Source of the DNA: Vermamoeba vermiformis
Taxonomy: Eukaryota
Length of the DNA: 64,000 nucleotides
Assembly (NCBI GenBank): GCA_045837725.1
Contig: JBEWZL010000215.1
Coordinates: 186,001 to 250,000, forward strand
Reading direction: 5' to 3'
Under the pieces are notes generated by a model. The model worked only from the letters and a program-made list of their open reading frames with translations, was not told where the DNA came from and ran no database searches. A program made the translations under genes and the position numbers. This document shows positions 48,978-61,539 of the stretch, one piece after another; position 1 is the stretch's first letter, and the number at the start of each line of letters is the position of its first letter.

Positions 48978-51475
48978 TTAATTTAGCTTAAGAACGGTAA
49001 TAACACCTTCATATTTAGCTAGCTTACCAATAATAGGGTTCTTGATATTAACTTCAACGTGCCACGAGTCCTTTGAGCCGTCAACGCAGATCGTGCTCCC
49101 TGACGGATCTATGGACAGAAATCTCGGCAGCGGAATCATATTGAATAGCCACATCTTCTTGAACACGTGCTCGAATCCAACGATATTATGATTCTTATCA
49201 AATACGGGCTTAAACTGAAAGCCAAAGCTGAAAATTCCGAACCGTTCTAGCACGAGGCCACTCTTCGTGTCCCACTTAGAAATCAAGGGTTTGCCATCAA
49301 AAGTCCGATGCCAGACATTACCACGTGTATTTACGAGCACTTCTGCGTTCTCGTTGGCCTTTGGTAGCCCGCCTAATGTTGCAAACAAATTGCCTAAGAA
49401 TTTGCCGCGCGTTACTTTAAAATTTCCTTTAGCCACACCGCCAGTCGTATGGTACTTGTAGATATGTTCCGGCAACTGCTTGCCAAGCTCGCCAATACCA
49501 TAGTCAAAAAATCCAAGCGACTCGCCTTCCCTGACCAGATGCGTGTACGTCGAGTAATTCATCGTTCGCCAGAACTGTTCAAGTTCTTCGTACTTTACGG
49601 TACCTAAGCATGGATACGCACCAGTAGTAACTTCGTTTCTATTTTGAGCTAATTTGTTGGCTAGAATAGTTGCTGGAATGACTGGATTGTTCGGACCATC
49701 GCCAACCGCGATCAGGTACCAATCAGCTGTCTGAGGCACGCCGGACTTGTCCTTGCCTTTAATGGTGACCTTCATGACACCTTCATCAAGCAACGAATAT
49801 TAGTTTTAGAAAATAAATAAAAATCTCTCGCTATCCGCTTCCGATCCCAAGCCGCCAAAAAAAAAATTCATTACGCCGACAAATGGCTACGATCCGAAAG
49901 TTGAGCAATAGGGCAAAAAAGCAAAAAGTAAAGAGCACAACACCTCCGATTCCCAGGTAGTCTCCTACCCCAGTACTAAGAAGGCCTGAACAAGCTTAAC
50001 TTCGCTGATCGGACGGGAAGCGGTGCATTCTTGTTAGTGTGGTCGTGCCCGAGAGCGACTGCAACATCGTGTTCTGAGTTGGGGTTTGGGTTGTTTGTTT
50101 TTTTGGGTGGGGGGGTCACTACTTGCGAGCACTAAATTAAGTGTTTTTTTGGCGGTTCTGGACGCGGATGTAGGAAGCAAGATCGGGTTGAGCAAGATCC
50201 GCTTTGAAAAATTGAAGCTTACCTTCTTCTCCTCCAAAAAGGGCAAAGAACCGTCGCAGAGGTTCAAATGCAATATTACCGAGCTTGCCCCACGCAGAAA
50301 ATATATTGTTTTTTGTCAGCCAGCCCATCCAAGTCATGCCGAGCTGTTGGACTTTCAATTCAACTCCTAATGATAGAACATTAACCTAATGCCCAATAAT
50401 ATAATACTGGGAACCCGCTTCTTACCAGCCTTAAATTCCATTGTTTTGAGCGAGGGATATTTTTGCGGTAAGAGCGTCAGATCTGGCACGTTAAAATCGC
50501 TGACCAAACGGCTCGTATGTAAGCCTATATAGGTCTGTAGCTTTGAATTTAAATAGCCATGCGTTGTCTTCCACTCGCCATTTTTAAGGACCTGTGCAGA
50601 GTTGTTAAAAACCGCGTACTTTCATCTAGTGAGCTACCTTAAATGGCTTTCCACAATATAATGGCGAAGACTCTATAGTGGCCTTGCCGTTGGGTATTGT
50701 TGCGCTACCAGCATTTAATGAACACCTTTGAGGACCGTTAGAAAACCTCGTGCCTGTTAATAACATCCACCTCGCCATCTAGACTTACTCGATCGATTCC
50801 ATTTCACTGAAGTGCTTAGTCAAATGTTCTACGACTGCAGAGGATATTCCTGGTACAGTTGAAGCGCCAGCTATAACAGCAACGTTACTCTTCTTGGCCT
50901 GCTCATCCAGACTGTAAATTCCGCTTACAAATTCTCTATAACGAGATATTATTAGTACTAAACTATTAATCATATATTAATGCTTACCGATCGTCAGCAA
51001 GGTCAATATAGTTAGTTCCATTCTGAATACAACTGCGCGCCACTGAATATTGCCGTTGCGTTTGATTATCAAAGGGACCACTCGTGTGAATGAGAGTATT
51101 GATGCTATGCTCTTTTAAAAACACTTCGAATTTTTCCTTGTCTTTGTAATCAACAGCAAAAGTTTCGTAAGTGACATCCGGATAGGCCGTCTTAAGTTGA
51201 GTGTGTAGATCCGCTGCTTTATTTTTATCTCTGCCTAGAATAATTATTTCTAATTTTGGTGCGTCTTTATCAGTGGCTGGATGATTTATTCGCTGCTGGT
51301 TTGACTTGGCAAGCAGATTGCATAACCGAGTTCCAAAGTTGCCGTAGCCTCCAATAACTGCCACTCGATGTTTGGGTGCCAGTGTAGAATATAGCATAGA
51401 TTGGCGTGGCTTAGAGGCTCCAAGCACGAGTCGCTTGTGAGCACGCGTGAGTGCGCGACATCCGCTCGTGAGCAT
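48978..51475 (-). CDS. Saccharopine-dehydrogenase-like oxidoreductase fused to a DUF4166-like domain, with a mitochondrial-type presequence
   Basis: VAVIGGYGNFG, IHTSGPF, YIDLAD, IAGASTVPGIS, GDGPNNPVIPA; C-terminal WHRTFDG..LVLERFG..MIPLP..YEG. Confidence 0.82.
49932..50050 (-). rRNA. 5S rRNA gene inside the last intron (50222-49781) of the saccharopine-dehydrogenase-like gene
   Basis: 119 nt GGGCACGACCACAC...CACCGCTTCCCGTCCGATCAGCGAAGTTAAGC...TTAGTACTGGGGTAGGAGACTACCTGGGAATC...GTGTTGTGCTCT; helix I pairs, A and C boxes present, T-run terminator. Confidence 0.96.
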
Positions 51476-51719
51476 GATTGTACAATGATTAGTTCGAACC
51501 TCAACTATCTCAATGTAGGTGTCATTTTGTTACAGACTTCAATTGAATTGCATGTACCTCAGTTGGTGAGTTCAATAGTGATTCGCTTCTTCTGCGATAA
51601 TTCCCTGTTTTAGCGCTTAAAAAAACGGTAAGAAAATCTCTCAACCTCAGTTTCCTACGCGAACATCATACACAACTCCGTCCGTACTAGACAAAACTAT
51701 TGAAATCAACACCGTCAAT

Positions 51720-53256
51720 ATGCAATCAAACCTTGAAGCATCAACACTTACCACCTCTGCTGAACCCAGATTGAACGTCCAAGAGACGAACAACGCTGGT
51801 GAAGACCCGCAGTATCTTTGGCGTGCCTAATAGTACAATTACTACGCAAGGTGTGTACTCACAAGGCGGGTTCAACTACGACCATTTGATCCAGCAATTT
51901 GGTGCGACGAAATTACAGCCAGATTTGATTCAAAAAATCCAAAAAATTCTCGATGATAAGGGCAAGAACATAAAGATGCACCCTTTCTTGAAAAGAGGAT
52001 TATTCGTGTCACACAGAGTAAGATCTGATTCTGATACTTCTAAATCTGACTAACTAGCTCACTGTTAATTTGCAGGATCTTGATGTATTAGTCAACGAAT
52101 ATGAGTCAGGCGAACCCTTCTATTTGTACACGGGTAGAGGTCCTAGTGGCGGATTGCATCTTGGTCACCTCATGCCTTTCACTATCACTCGCTTCTTACA
52201 GCAAGGTAAGGACTATTTATTTCGTGCACTCGAGTATTAATATTGAATAACACCTATTTCTATTAGCGTTTGATGTGCCTGTTGTCATACAACTCACTGA
52301 CGATGAAAAGTTTTTGCACCGCGATCTTGATCTCGACGAAATCCGAGTTCTGCTTCGAGGTAATATTGGCTTCATTGTTAAATATACATTTCAGCACGAA
52401 GTTAACATCGTTCGTTGTCCAGAGAATTGCAAAGACATCATTGCTTGCGGATTTGACCTCGAGAAGACTTTCATCTTTTCGAACTTTGATTACATGGGCA
52501 CCCTCTATCCTAATGTTGTTAAAATTCAAAAGCTTATTACAAATAATCAAGTTCGTGGCATATTTGGTGTTACTCGTAAGTAATCTAAACCAAATCTAGT
52601 TTCGACTTTTGCTAACGCCAGATTTAGCTTCAAGCAACATCGGACAAACGTCTTTTCCTGCTATTCAGGCTGCACCTTCGTTCTTTAGTTCATTCCCCGA
52701 AGTATTATCGCGTGCACCAGGCCTAGCTCGCTGTCTCATTCCTTGCGGTTTGGATCAAGATCCATACTTCAGAATGACGCGAGATATTGTGCCTCGCCTT
52801 AATAGCCATAATAAGAAAGAGGTGTTCTTGAAGCCAGCTATACTTCACGGCACGTTCTTGCCATCTTTGGAAGGCATTGAAGAGAAGATGAGCGCGAGCA
52901 AACCAGATTCGGCAATTTTTTTGACCGATACGCCAGCGCAAGTGAAGAAAAAGGTCGCTAGAGCAGCTTCTGGAGGAAGAGCCGATAAGAAGGAGCACAT
53001 GCGCCTTGGAGCCGATTTGAAGGTGGATGTGCCGTTCCATTTCTGCAATTACTTCTTGGAAGACAATCAAGAGCTCGAACAAATTCGTCATGAATATGGC
53101 ACTGGTGTTATGATGAGTTCTCAAATCAAACAGAGAACTTGCAAGCTGATCGACACGCTTCTCGCCGAACATCAAGCTCGTCGTGCTTTGGTGACCGATG
53201 AGCTCGTGGATCAGTTCTTGAAAGTCAGACCATTGTCTTTCGGTCCTAGCAAGTAG
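51720..53256 (+). CDS. WARS1: Tryptophanyl-tRNA synthetase, eukaryotic cytosolic type
   Basis: [65 protein letters not shown]; probable introns 51799-51850, 52058-52076+, 52206-52266, 52360-52422, 52576-52627. Confidence 0.95.
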
Positions 53257-53404
53257 AAACAATGCTGCTATAGGCTACAAGTTATTTTCGCTTATTACGT
53301 GGTACCCGAAGTTATTAACGTACATTCAATAAATGGTCTTTCAGACACTGCGATGAGACAAGATACGACGCTAGCTGAATATGTAATATAGTCCTCATTA
53401 CGCT

Positions 53405-53500
53405 ATCTAAAGAAGTCTCGTCAATGTGGTGGTACTTTTGACTTCTCGTACCAAGAATGCGACTCCACTGTACATATTCATGCAATAATCCCTACTGCAA
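53405..53500 (+). pseudogene. Inverted relic of the last exon of the neighbouring Cys-rich gene family
   Basis: KSRQCGGTFDFSYQECDSTV/YSCNNPYC (frameshifted) versus KSNLCSGSFKFSYQECDANTVYTYSCNSPFC in the minus-strand gene. Confidence 0.7.
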
Positions 53501-53681
53501 AAGTATCCTAATCCTTTGATGGAGCCACGTTACGTGCCCTTTTTATTCTAAAACGATAGTACTATTTAAAATAAACGTTTATTATCCGACAAAGATAGTC
53601 AAGGGAACCTTTAATAATCCATTGAAACAATGATTTCCATTAAAATAGCAAACTAAACACCGATTTTCAGGCAACAACATA

Positions 53682-55048
53682 TTAGTTTATTAAGGAGAAA
53701 AAAACTAAAACTAAATTCCCCGAAAGGAACAGCATTTTTTCGGCAGCCGACGCGTGTTTGTCGGATGCGCATTGATACTCGGTGCCGTTAGAGCAGGTAT
53801 TGGTCGGAGTTTTAGAGCTCAATGTACACTGGTTGCAAAATGGACTGTTGCACGAGTAGGTGTACACAGTGTTCGCATCGCATTCTTGGTACGAAAACTT
53901 GAAAGATCCGGAACAAAGGTTGGATTTGGTGTAGACCGCTGATTGAGGGCTAGGAGTAACAGAATAAGCGATAAAGTAAGTGATCATAATAAGAGTAATA
54001 GTATCATAAGCTTACTTACGTATCACAACTTTCTTTGGCGGAATTAAGCTGTTCGATCCAAGTACCAGATGGCAAGCGAACGGTATCATCGCAATCCGTA
54101 AATACATATCTATTTCCAAGCATTTGGCAACCAACTGTACAAGTTCTGGTGCTATTGACAGTGACCATGTACGCATCCGTTCCGTTACAACCAGAGCCGT
54201 AACCGAAATATTGAATAGTCACGTGATTCGCGTTACCGCATGAGATGTTGCCGTTGAAGTACGTGACAGGTGGTGTACCTGGTCCGTCAGGAGTAAATCC
54301 TGTCCACAAGATCTGGTTTGGATCGGGTACTAAAAACGAAGAATTAGTTTAGCTTGTCAAAAATTGAAATGGAATAGCCGCATACTATTGGTACTGCAAG
54401 TTAGAGTAATTATTGATGTCCTAGGGCCTGAAGGATTGCAAGTGCCGCAAACATCACCGTTTTGATACGTGATCCGAACACCAGCTCCGTTAGCTGCGTC
54501 GAACGTCAACAAGCAGCGATATAAATAATACTATAGGATTGCTCTTACTTAATCCAACAATTTGACCCGTCGTATAGCTGCCGTAACACTTGGCGTTTGT
54601 TGGCGCAGGACCCCACATCTGACAAACACCTGCCGTGATTTAAATTCGAAATTAAATCAATAAGGGTTACTATTTAACAATAAATACCTGCGGAATTGGG
54701 ACTGATACAAGCACCTGAACAAGGAGAAGGTAATGGTGCGCAAATGCTCATGTTGTAGGTGTATGTTTGCCCGTTGTTCGAATAAACGTATTGATATACC
54801 CTGATTTTACAAGTAATTATTAGAATTTTTATAGTGTTTGTTTCAAAAATTACTGGATTTGCTGAGTAAATAAAAAATTTTGAACATATCCTCGCACCAC
54901 AGCCTATTTACCTATAGGCAATATTGGAGATGTCGTATTTACTGCCATCAGGAGCAGTAACAAATGGACAGGAGTCTTGTTGACACGATCCAAGTTGGAT
55001 CAAACTAGCGGTTGCCAAATAAAACAAAATAATGGTAACTTTGTACAT
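53682..55048 (-). CDS. Secreted, probably GPI-anchored Cys-rich protein with an N-terminal mannose-6-phosphate receptor homology (MRH)-like domain
   Basis: Signal peptide; C..APDGSKYDI..YTYNMSIC..GVCQ..CYG..GVRITYQNGDVC..PRTSIITLTC pattern; C-terminal small residues plus hydrophobic tail SAAEKMLFLSGNLVLVFFSLIN. Confidence 0.75.
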
Positions 55049-55315
55049 TTTTTTGGCTATTGTTGCTATTTAATAGTCCGCATTAGCAACAAATGTTGTG
55101 TCTGTCTAGAATTATTTTTTATCTAATTTTCCGCTGACATGTGTCGGTGTTGTGTGCTACTGCTAGTCACTGTAACATATCGTTGTGACTTAATTAAGAG
55201 ATCTTTTCTTTGGTTAATGAACTTAAACTCTAAATAAGGCGATTTCACGAGGAACGTCATTATTTTACAAATTTTGTACATGTTTGTTAGTGGAGTGGTG
55301 ATCCATTCATATCTG

Positions 55316-57756
55316 TTATTTTCGCGGCATCGACGGGTTATTAGGGTCTAAATATTAAACGTTAATACCAACGCCAAGTAAAAAATAAAAAGAGATCTAG
55401 ATCTGGATCTGTCGAATCCACTTACTATTGAACAAAAGCTGTTGTTGCGCAGCTTGTTGTTGCGACATGTTGTATTGTCGTTGTGCTTGAGCTGACATGT
55501 TATTACCATTAGCTGATGAACCGTGCAATTAAGATTAAGAAAAATTCAAAAATGCAGGCGTACCTTGATACATGTTCGGATTGGCCACTTGACCCATCAC
55601 TGGCGGCTGAACAGCAGGTTGATTGGTCTGTGCGATTGGAATGCCAATGCGAGGTTGGTTCGCTAGTACTTAATAAGCCAAAGCAAGGATATAAGTGTAT
55701 ATTGTAAGAGCTTACGGTTAGCACGGAGCTGCATGCGCATTTGGCCCTGGGCTTGAGCTGGGCCAGGACCTGCTTGTGGCACACCCATGTTTTGTGGCAT
55801 GGCTGGTTGATTGGGTCGTGTTCCCAACTGTATATTTTGATTGATTGGAATGCTAGCGGGCTGTAAAAATATTATGTTGTTAGTGCACTTGGAGCCATCA
55901 AATGTGTCAAAAGTGTCAAAGTGTCAATGGCATTGAATAGCACGTGACATAGCTAAAGGTGTCAGGTACTTACTTGTCCTGGTCGGTTCATGCCTGTGGG
56001 ATTAAATCCAGGAAAAGCAGCGGGATTTTTCATGACACCTGGCGTGACAGATTTGACACTTGCAGGGATCGCCACACGCGTCGCATTAGGCTGAGGACCT
56101 TTCGGCTGTGTTGGCATTTGAATGTACTGCGGTTGTTTCATCGGTCCACCTTGCGCGCCAGCAGCGGTCATGCCCTGGTACTGCGCGGTCATTTTCGGCG
56201 GCTGCACGAGTCTGTTGGCCGCAGCTGTTTGCGTGGGAATGCCGCCCTTGGCATTGGACATCACCATCATGCCTGCAGGCATCTTCGGGGGCTGATGTAA
56301 CATCGGGTTGCCCGTGCCAGGTGTCGGCATGCCAGTGTTCGGTTGCACGACGCCAGGGCCCATCAACGGCTTCTTGGGCCACGACGCGATTTGTCCTGGA
56401 TTGTTGGGGTCCATTTGCATTTGTGCCGTGGCCTGTTGTTGCATTTGTTGTCCGGCACCTGGGGTCATGTTGGGTGGTATCAACACTTTAGGCTGAATGT
56501 GCACCATGCCATTGGTCTGCTGACCACCGCCCATTGGTTGCATCGTCGGGTTCAACTGCGTGACACCACTGACAGGCGTGGCTTGAATCGTGGGCGGAAT
56601 GAGTGGTTGTGGCAATGACGCGGGTGTCGGGATCGGTTGCGGCTTAATTTCAGGCGCAAATCTGATTCCTAATTTGGTAATAATATAATTAATACGAATA
56701 TTTGCAGAATTTGAGCTAGTTTTTGGTAGAGATTATTGTTTTTTTGCTTCAATGTTCTTTGGATCTCGGATCGTACCTTCACCGTCATTAAGTAAAGCAT
56801 CTATAGTCAAAAGTGGTGAATTAATAGCAAGGTCTTCCAACAGACCCTGTGTTTTGGGTGATTTGGCGGGTTTTCCAGTGACAATTATCGACAGATCTTG
56901 CGGCTGTTGCAATGCCTTTTTAAACTTGTCTTTATCTTTGTCGCGTAATTCGACGAATGTTTCTTCTAGGGCCTCGCAAAGTAACTGATAATTTTCAATT
57001 TTTTGCTGCAAATATAAATTACAGTTAGAAATTGGGTTGCAAAAAGTGAGCGGATCCAAAAATAAAAAATTATTCGTTCTATTAGAATGTACCTCTAATT
57101 CTACAGTATCTTCTTCTTGTTCTTTCATATCAACATAATAATTCTCGATAATTTCTTTTTCCTCGATTTCCATATCGGGTTCTAATTTCGTGCGAAACAG
57201 ATCCGGAACTAAAAATCATCAAAAAATTAGTATAAATCATGATAATTATTATAGTTAAGTTATATTATGCTTACTCAGCATAGGATCGATGCCTTGAATA
57301 TTTAGAGGCACCATTCCGATTTTTCCTAACTCTTGGCCCAATTCTTCTTGCAATGTCGCGTATTGCGTTGCGAGTACTGTAAATTGGCCTAATAAATCGG
57401 GCCTATAATACAATAATTATTAATATATTAATACTAACATTAGATTTCTTTAGCTAAAGAAAAGTTGCAATAATTTCTTTGGCTCGATCGAGCGAACTTT
57501 GTCCAAAAATTATAGTTTAATGCGTACTCAGCTGGAAAATATTTTGCAAATTATTTATAAAAAGAAGTTATTAGGCATACCATCGTTCTGGATTATCGAT
57601 CTCTGTTTTATTTAATCGAACAATTAAGTCCTCTGCTCTTGTCTTAATTAAAGACAGAGTCATTTTGAGCTGTTCAGTCATTTGCGCCTAATTCAAAAAT
57701 TAAATAATTAATTTAAATGAAATAATTAGATCTATTCATCAATGTGGGCTTACCAT
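55316..57756 (-). CDS. MED8: Mediator subunit 8 with a long Q/P/M/G-rich tail; first coding exon is ATG only
   Basis: IKTRAEDL, RWPDLLGQFTVL, IPDLFRTKLEPDMEIEE match recalled Med8 motifs; ATG|GTAAGC at 57756. Confidence 0.75.
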
Positions 57757-57918
57757 GGCTTAAATTTATATTTACAACGCCAATATTGAGTAAAATAATA
57801 ATATAATTAACAAAAGCTATTGTGGTGTTCGAGGGCCAAAATTGAGCACAAAAAAGTCTAACTCTTTTTTTTGCATTTATAATTTTTCGATCCACATCCG
57901 ACACAAGCACTACCTAAA

Positions 57919-60469
57919 ATGTTTTTAGCATCAAGGCCGCCAAGATCAGTTCCTTGGACTTCGTGGGAGGAGTGGCAAGATGTTTATCACTGGCTTTATT
58001 CCTCAGATGCTGACGAGCAGTTACAGGGTATCAAAAGAGTAAGTTAACTTCGTGATTAATTTTTAAAATATTTTACAAGAAAATAGGATGATAATTTCGA
58101 ATATTCGATAGCGATGCAGCAAATATTAATTTATTGGATCGGATTTAGGTTGCTGCATGGAAGACTCGTGGAAAATTACCCATATCAATCGAATGTACAT
58201 CTACACTAATAGAAATTAAGCGCAAAGACAAGTACGTAGTTATTATTGGAGATCTGAATCCGCGATCTCATCCCTTTTGTTTCAGATCTGAGGCAGAATT
58301 ATTTCAGCAATCAGTCATGGGCAGATTTTCATCGTCGTATCAAGAGAAAAAATTGCTCTATTCTATGGCTTTATCAAGGCAAGTCAAAAAATCAAGATGC
58401 GATCTGATCGAGATCTTTTAAACCCAAAATATTCTAATATGATGCTTAGAATGGTTAACGGACTCGTTGAACCGCTTCAAACGGGCATGTACGCCATATC
58501 TATTCAACAACTAGCCCGACAGATTGGTTTGCCTGAAGATCTCGTTGAATTGAGACACCAAGTACGCGATCCAAACAATCGAAAATTAATTCAGATTAAT
58601 AATAATATTTATTATATTATAGGCTAGTCATAAGGATCTACCTTCTATTACCCTTTTGAGAAATGCTGCTGAAGATGCCTTGGAATGGCTGCGAACTAAT
58701 TACTGGCGCGCACAATTGCACAAATTGCAAGAGACGAGACAACATATTGTAGAGGAATTGAAGAAATATAACGTCTTGTTGAAAGAATTCACCGCTGATG
58801 CTTCAAGTAAGTATACTTTTATCGCTAGCTTAGCAAAAATTTATTTCGTTCCGGATCACATCCGTTACATCGCGGTCGGATTGATTTGAACGATTGTTTG
58901 ACCATTGACATACTCGAATCATGGTTATATCTAGCGCCTTATTGAATTATATGGGCGCTTAAACGAGTTGGAGCTCCGATCTCACAATTTTTTTTCATAA
59001 TGTGCAGAGAAGGACTCAAAAAATCGCAAAAAAATTACGCAAAAAGTGAACAAATGTTTGCAGAATATTTCAACGGCAGTCTCGCCCAGCCAAGTCAACT
59101 TAGTTTTCATTCCACTATTGCTCGACAACAACTTGATGATTCCAAAGACGACTGTCGCGTTAGGCAAGGTTAATGAGTTGCCTAATAGAATTGAAAATAT
59201 GTGGATGAAACTATTGAATTTTTTGGCTGGATCTTGGCCCAGATTTTTAGACAATCTTTTGCTCAGCATTACCACCAGAATAGCATCGAGTAAGTCACTA
59301 AAATGTCCTTACATAGTAATTTTCTCATATTATCTATATTTAGCCGATGATTCTGACCAAAACGAACAAAAATTGTATTATAATTCCATGCTCGTTTGTT
59401 GGTTCAGAAAATTATTAGCGATGTTTGTAAAGGCTAAGAATAGAGACACTAAGAATGATCCTACGAGAGGCAAGCACGTCTTTAGAACTATCATTCAAAT
59501 GTGTATGAGCAACATTAACGGATGGTAAGTCGAGATCTGGATGTGCATCCGCATTTTTGTAACGAAACTAATGATTTCATGTTATAGGACTGCTTCTGTT
59601 ATGAAAATGGCTATTGTACATTGTGGTTTTGATAGAGAGACTAAAATGAGAGTCGCGCAAGTCTTCTCTTTTCATTTGAAGATCGAGCGGATCCAAAAAC
59701 TCGAAGTACGCGTAGAAAAAACTGAAAAAATCACGGTTACTAATATATATTTCCTTATTTAGCGATTGACACCTGAAAACTTTGCGATTATTCACGCGAA
59801 GGAGCAAAACGAGATTATTTTGAACGAAGACAGTTTTGACGAAGAAATTGAAAATAGCGAAGAGGACGATGAAAATAATAGCGAGAATTTCGAAGAAAAT
59901 ACTGACGAAGAAATGAACGAGGATGAAAATGAAGAGGATATGGATCAAGAAGATGAGGATAGTGAAGATGACGAAGAAGATGGCACTAATGGTCATGATA
60001 ATATGGAAGAAGATGAGGATAGTGAATCTGAAGCAATTGTCCCCGTGGAGCTCGAAGATTTTGAAAAACTCTTGCAAAGTAAAGAACTCGTAATGAAATC
60101 AATTCGAAGAACTCAAAAACAGAACAATGGTGAGGATATGGACCAATATAATAACGGAGATAATGTTGAAGATATTTGGAAGCCTGTTCATCAGGGTTTT
60201 GGAACCGGAATTGGCGTGTTATTGAACGGACAATTGCCTAATTTGGATCTGCCCGCTGAACTCGATGAATTGAAAGGAGGTACGTCAATATCGGTATAAA
60301 ATAATATACAGTTTATTAATAACATAATGTAGCATCATTTTACATTCTCGACGATCGACAAGCGAAAGCGGATGTGGTCGAAGAAGACGCTAAAAAAAGA
60401 AAACGAGAAGAGCTGCATAATAACAAGCATGAGCAGACTAGGGGCAACAAAAAAAGTAAAGCGAAATAA
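57919..60469 (+). CDS. LAS1: Las1-like pre-rRNA ITS2 endonuclease (HEPN)
   Basis: VPWTSWEEW, VAAWKTRGKLP, YSMALSRMVNG, LVELRHQASH (RxxxxH), ALEWLRTNYW, acidic tract. Confidence 0.92.
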
Positions 60470-60509
60470 ATTCTAAGAAAAAGATTTAAATAGACCTGCA
60501 GCCTTTGCT

Positions 60510-61151
60510 TCAACTAGTTTTCTCGCCTCGGATGCGTCTTGCTAAGGTCAGATCTGTTCGGAATAGAACGTTATTAACTACTCTGTCTTAAAAGAAATAT
60601 AAAGGTAGATAATAGTACCTTTAGGAGTTACAGTTACTCGTTTAGCGTGGATCGCAAGCAGATTCGCATCTTCGAGTAGTCCGACCAAGTATGCTTCAGT
60701 GGCTTCTTGAATAGCCGCTAATGCACCCTTAGTATATCGAGTATTGTCTCGAATGTCCCAGTTGATTTCGCGAATTAAAGCTTCGAAAGGTCGTCTTCGT
60801 AGCAGCAATTCAGTTGACTTTTGGTAGCGTCGTATTTCTCGCAAAGCGACTGTTCCTAATAATCCAAAATATCATTAATAGGAGTTGATATTTCCATTTA
60901 AGTAGCGCTTTAATTTGAAAAGGGAGCAGAATTTTAAATATTATTTTTATTTTTGTAATTAAATTACCTGGCTTAAATCTATGAGGTTTTTTTTGTTGCA
61001 CGGTAGAAATTGTGGGTTTTTTAATTGGTACTGAACGATTATGTTGCGCAACAGGTGCAGTCGGTTCAGTGGTCAACATCTTTCGTGTTGAAAATCCACG
61101 CGCTGACTTGCCGCCGACTGATTTTCTTGCTGTTTGCTTTGTTCTTGCCAT
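60510..61151 (-). CDS. Divergent histone H3 variant (CenH3 candidate); 3 exons
   Basis: [66 protein letters not shown]. Confidence 0.92.
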
Positions 61152-61539
61152 AGAGGTGTGGTTGACATTAGATATAAAGCTGAACTAATGAAAAAGAAAT
61201 CTGAAGTTCGCTCATCCGAACATCACTTTGCCAACCGGAGGATAATTGAGGTTAAAAGACACGTTGACTAGTCACTTTGGGTGCGTTTTAGTTATACACG
61301 TGTTTTGTTCTTTTTGATACAAAATTCTTTGGCGGTAAAACCGTAATTTTGGATCCTGTTCGCATTATTGACTTAACTGCGCATTTGACGAACAATAACT
61401 TAAGGTAATTATTTAATTTAAAAATAGACAGTCTTAATACTACTTGATAACGTCGGTTTTCAAGTACTCAGGCCTTTTTTACGAGAATTAAAATACGTAA
61501 CTTATCTTGGCGTGACTACTAGTGCCGTGCATTAATAGA

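Noticed and set aside
51790-51860. Apparent frameshift or 22-nt intron at the TrpRS N-terminus
   Set aside because: A 52-nt intron 51799-51850 with a CTAAT branch restores the frame and fits local intron sizes
59820-60030. GAA/GAT-rich repeat-like tract
   Set aside because: Encodes the acidic region of LAS1; not an independent repeat
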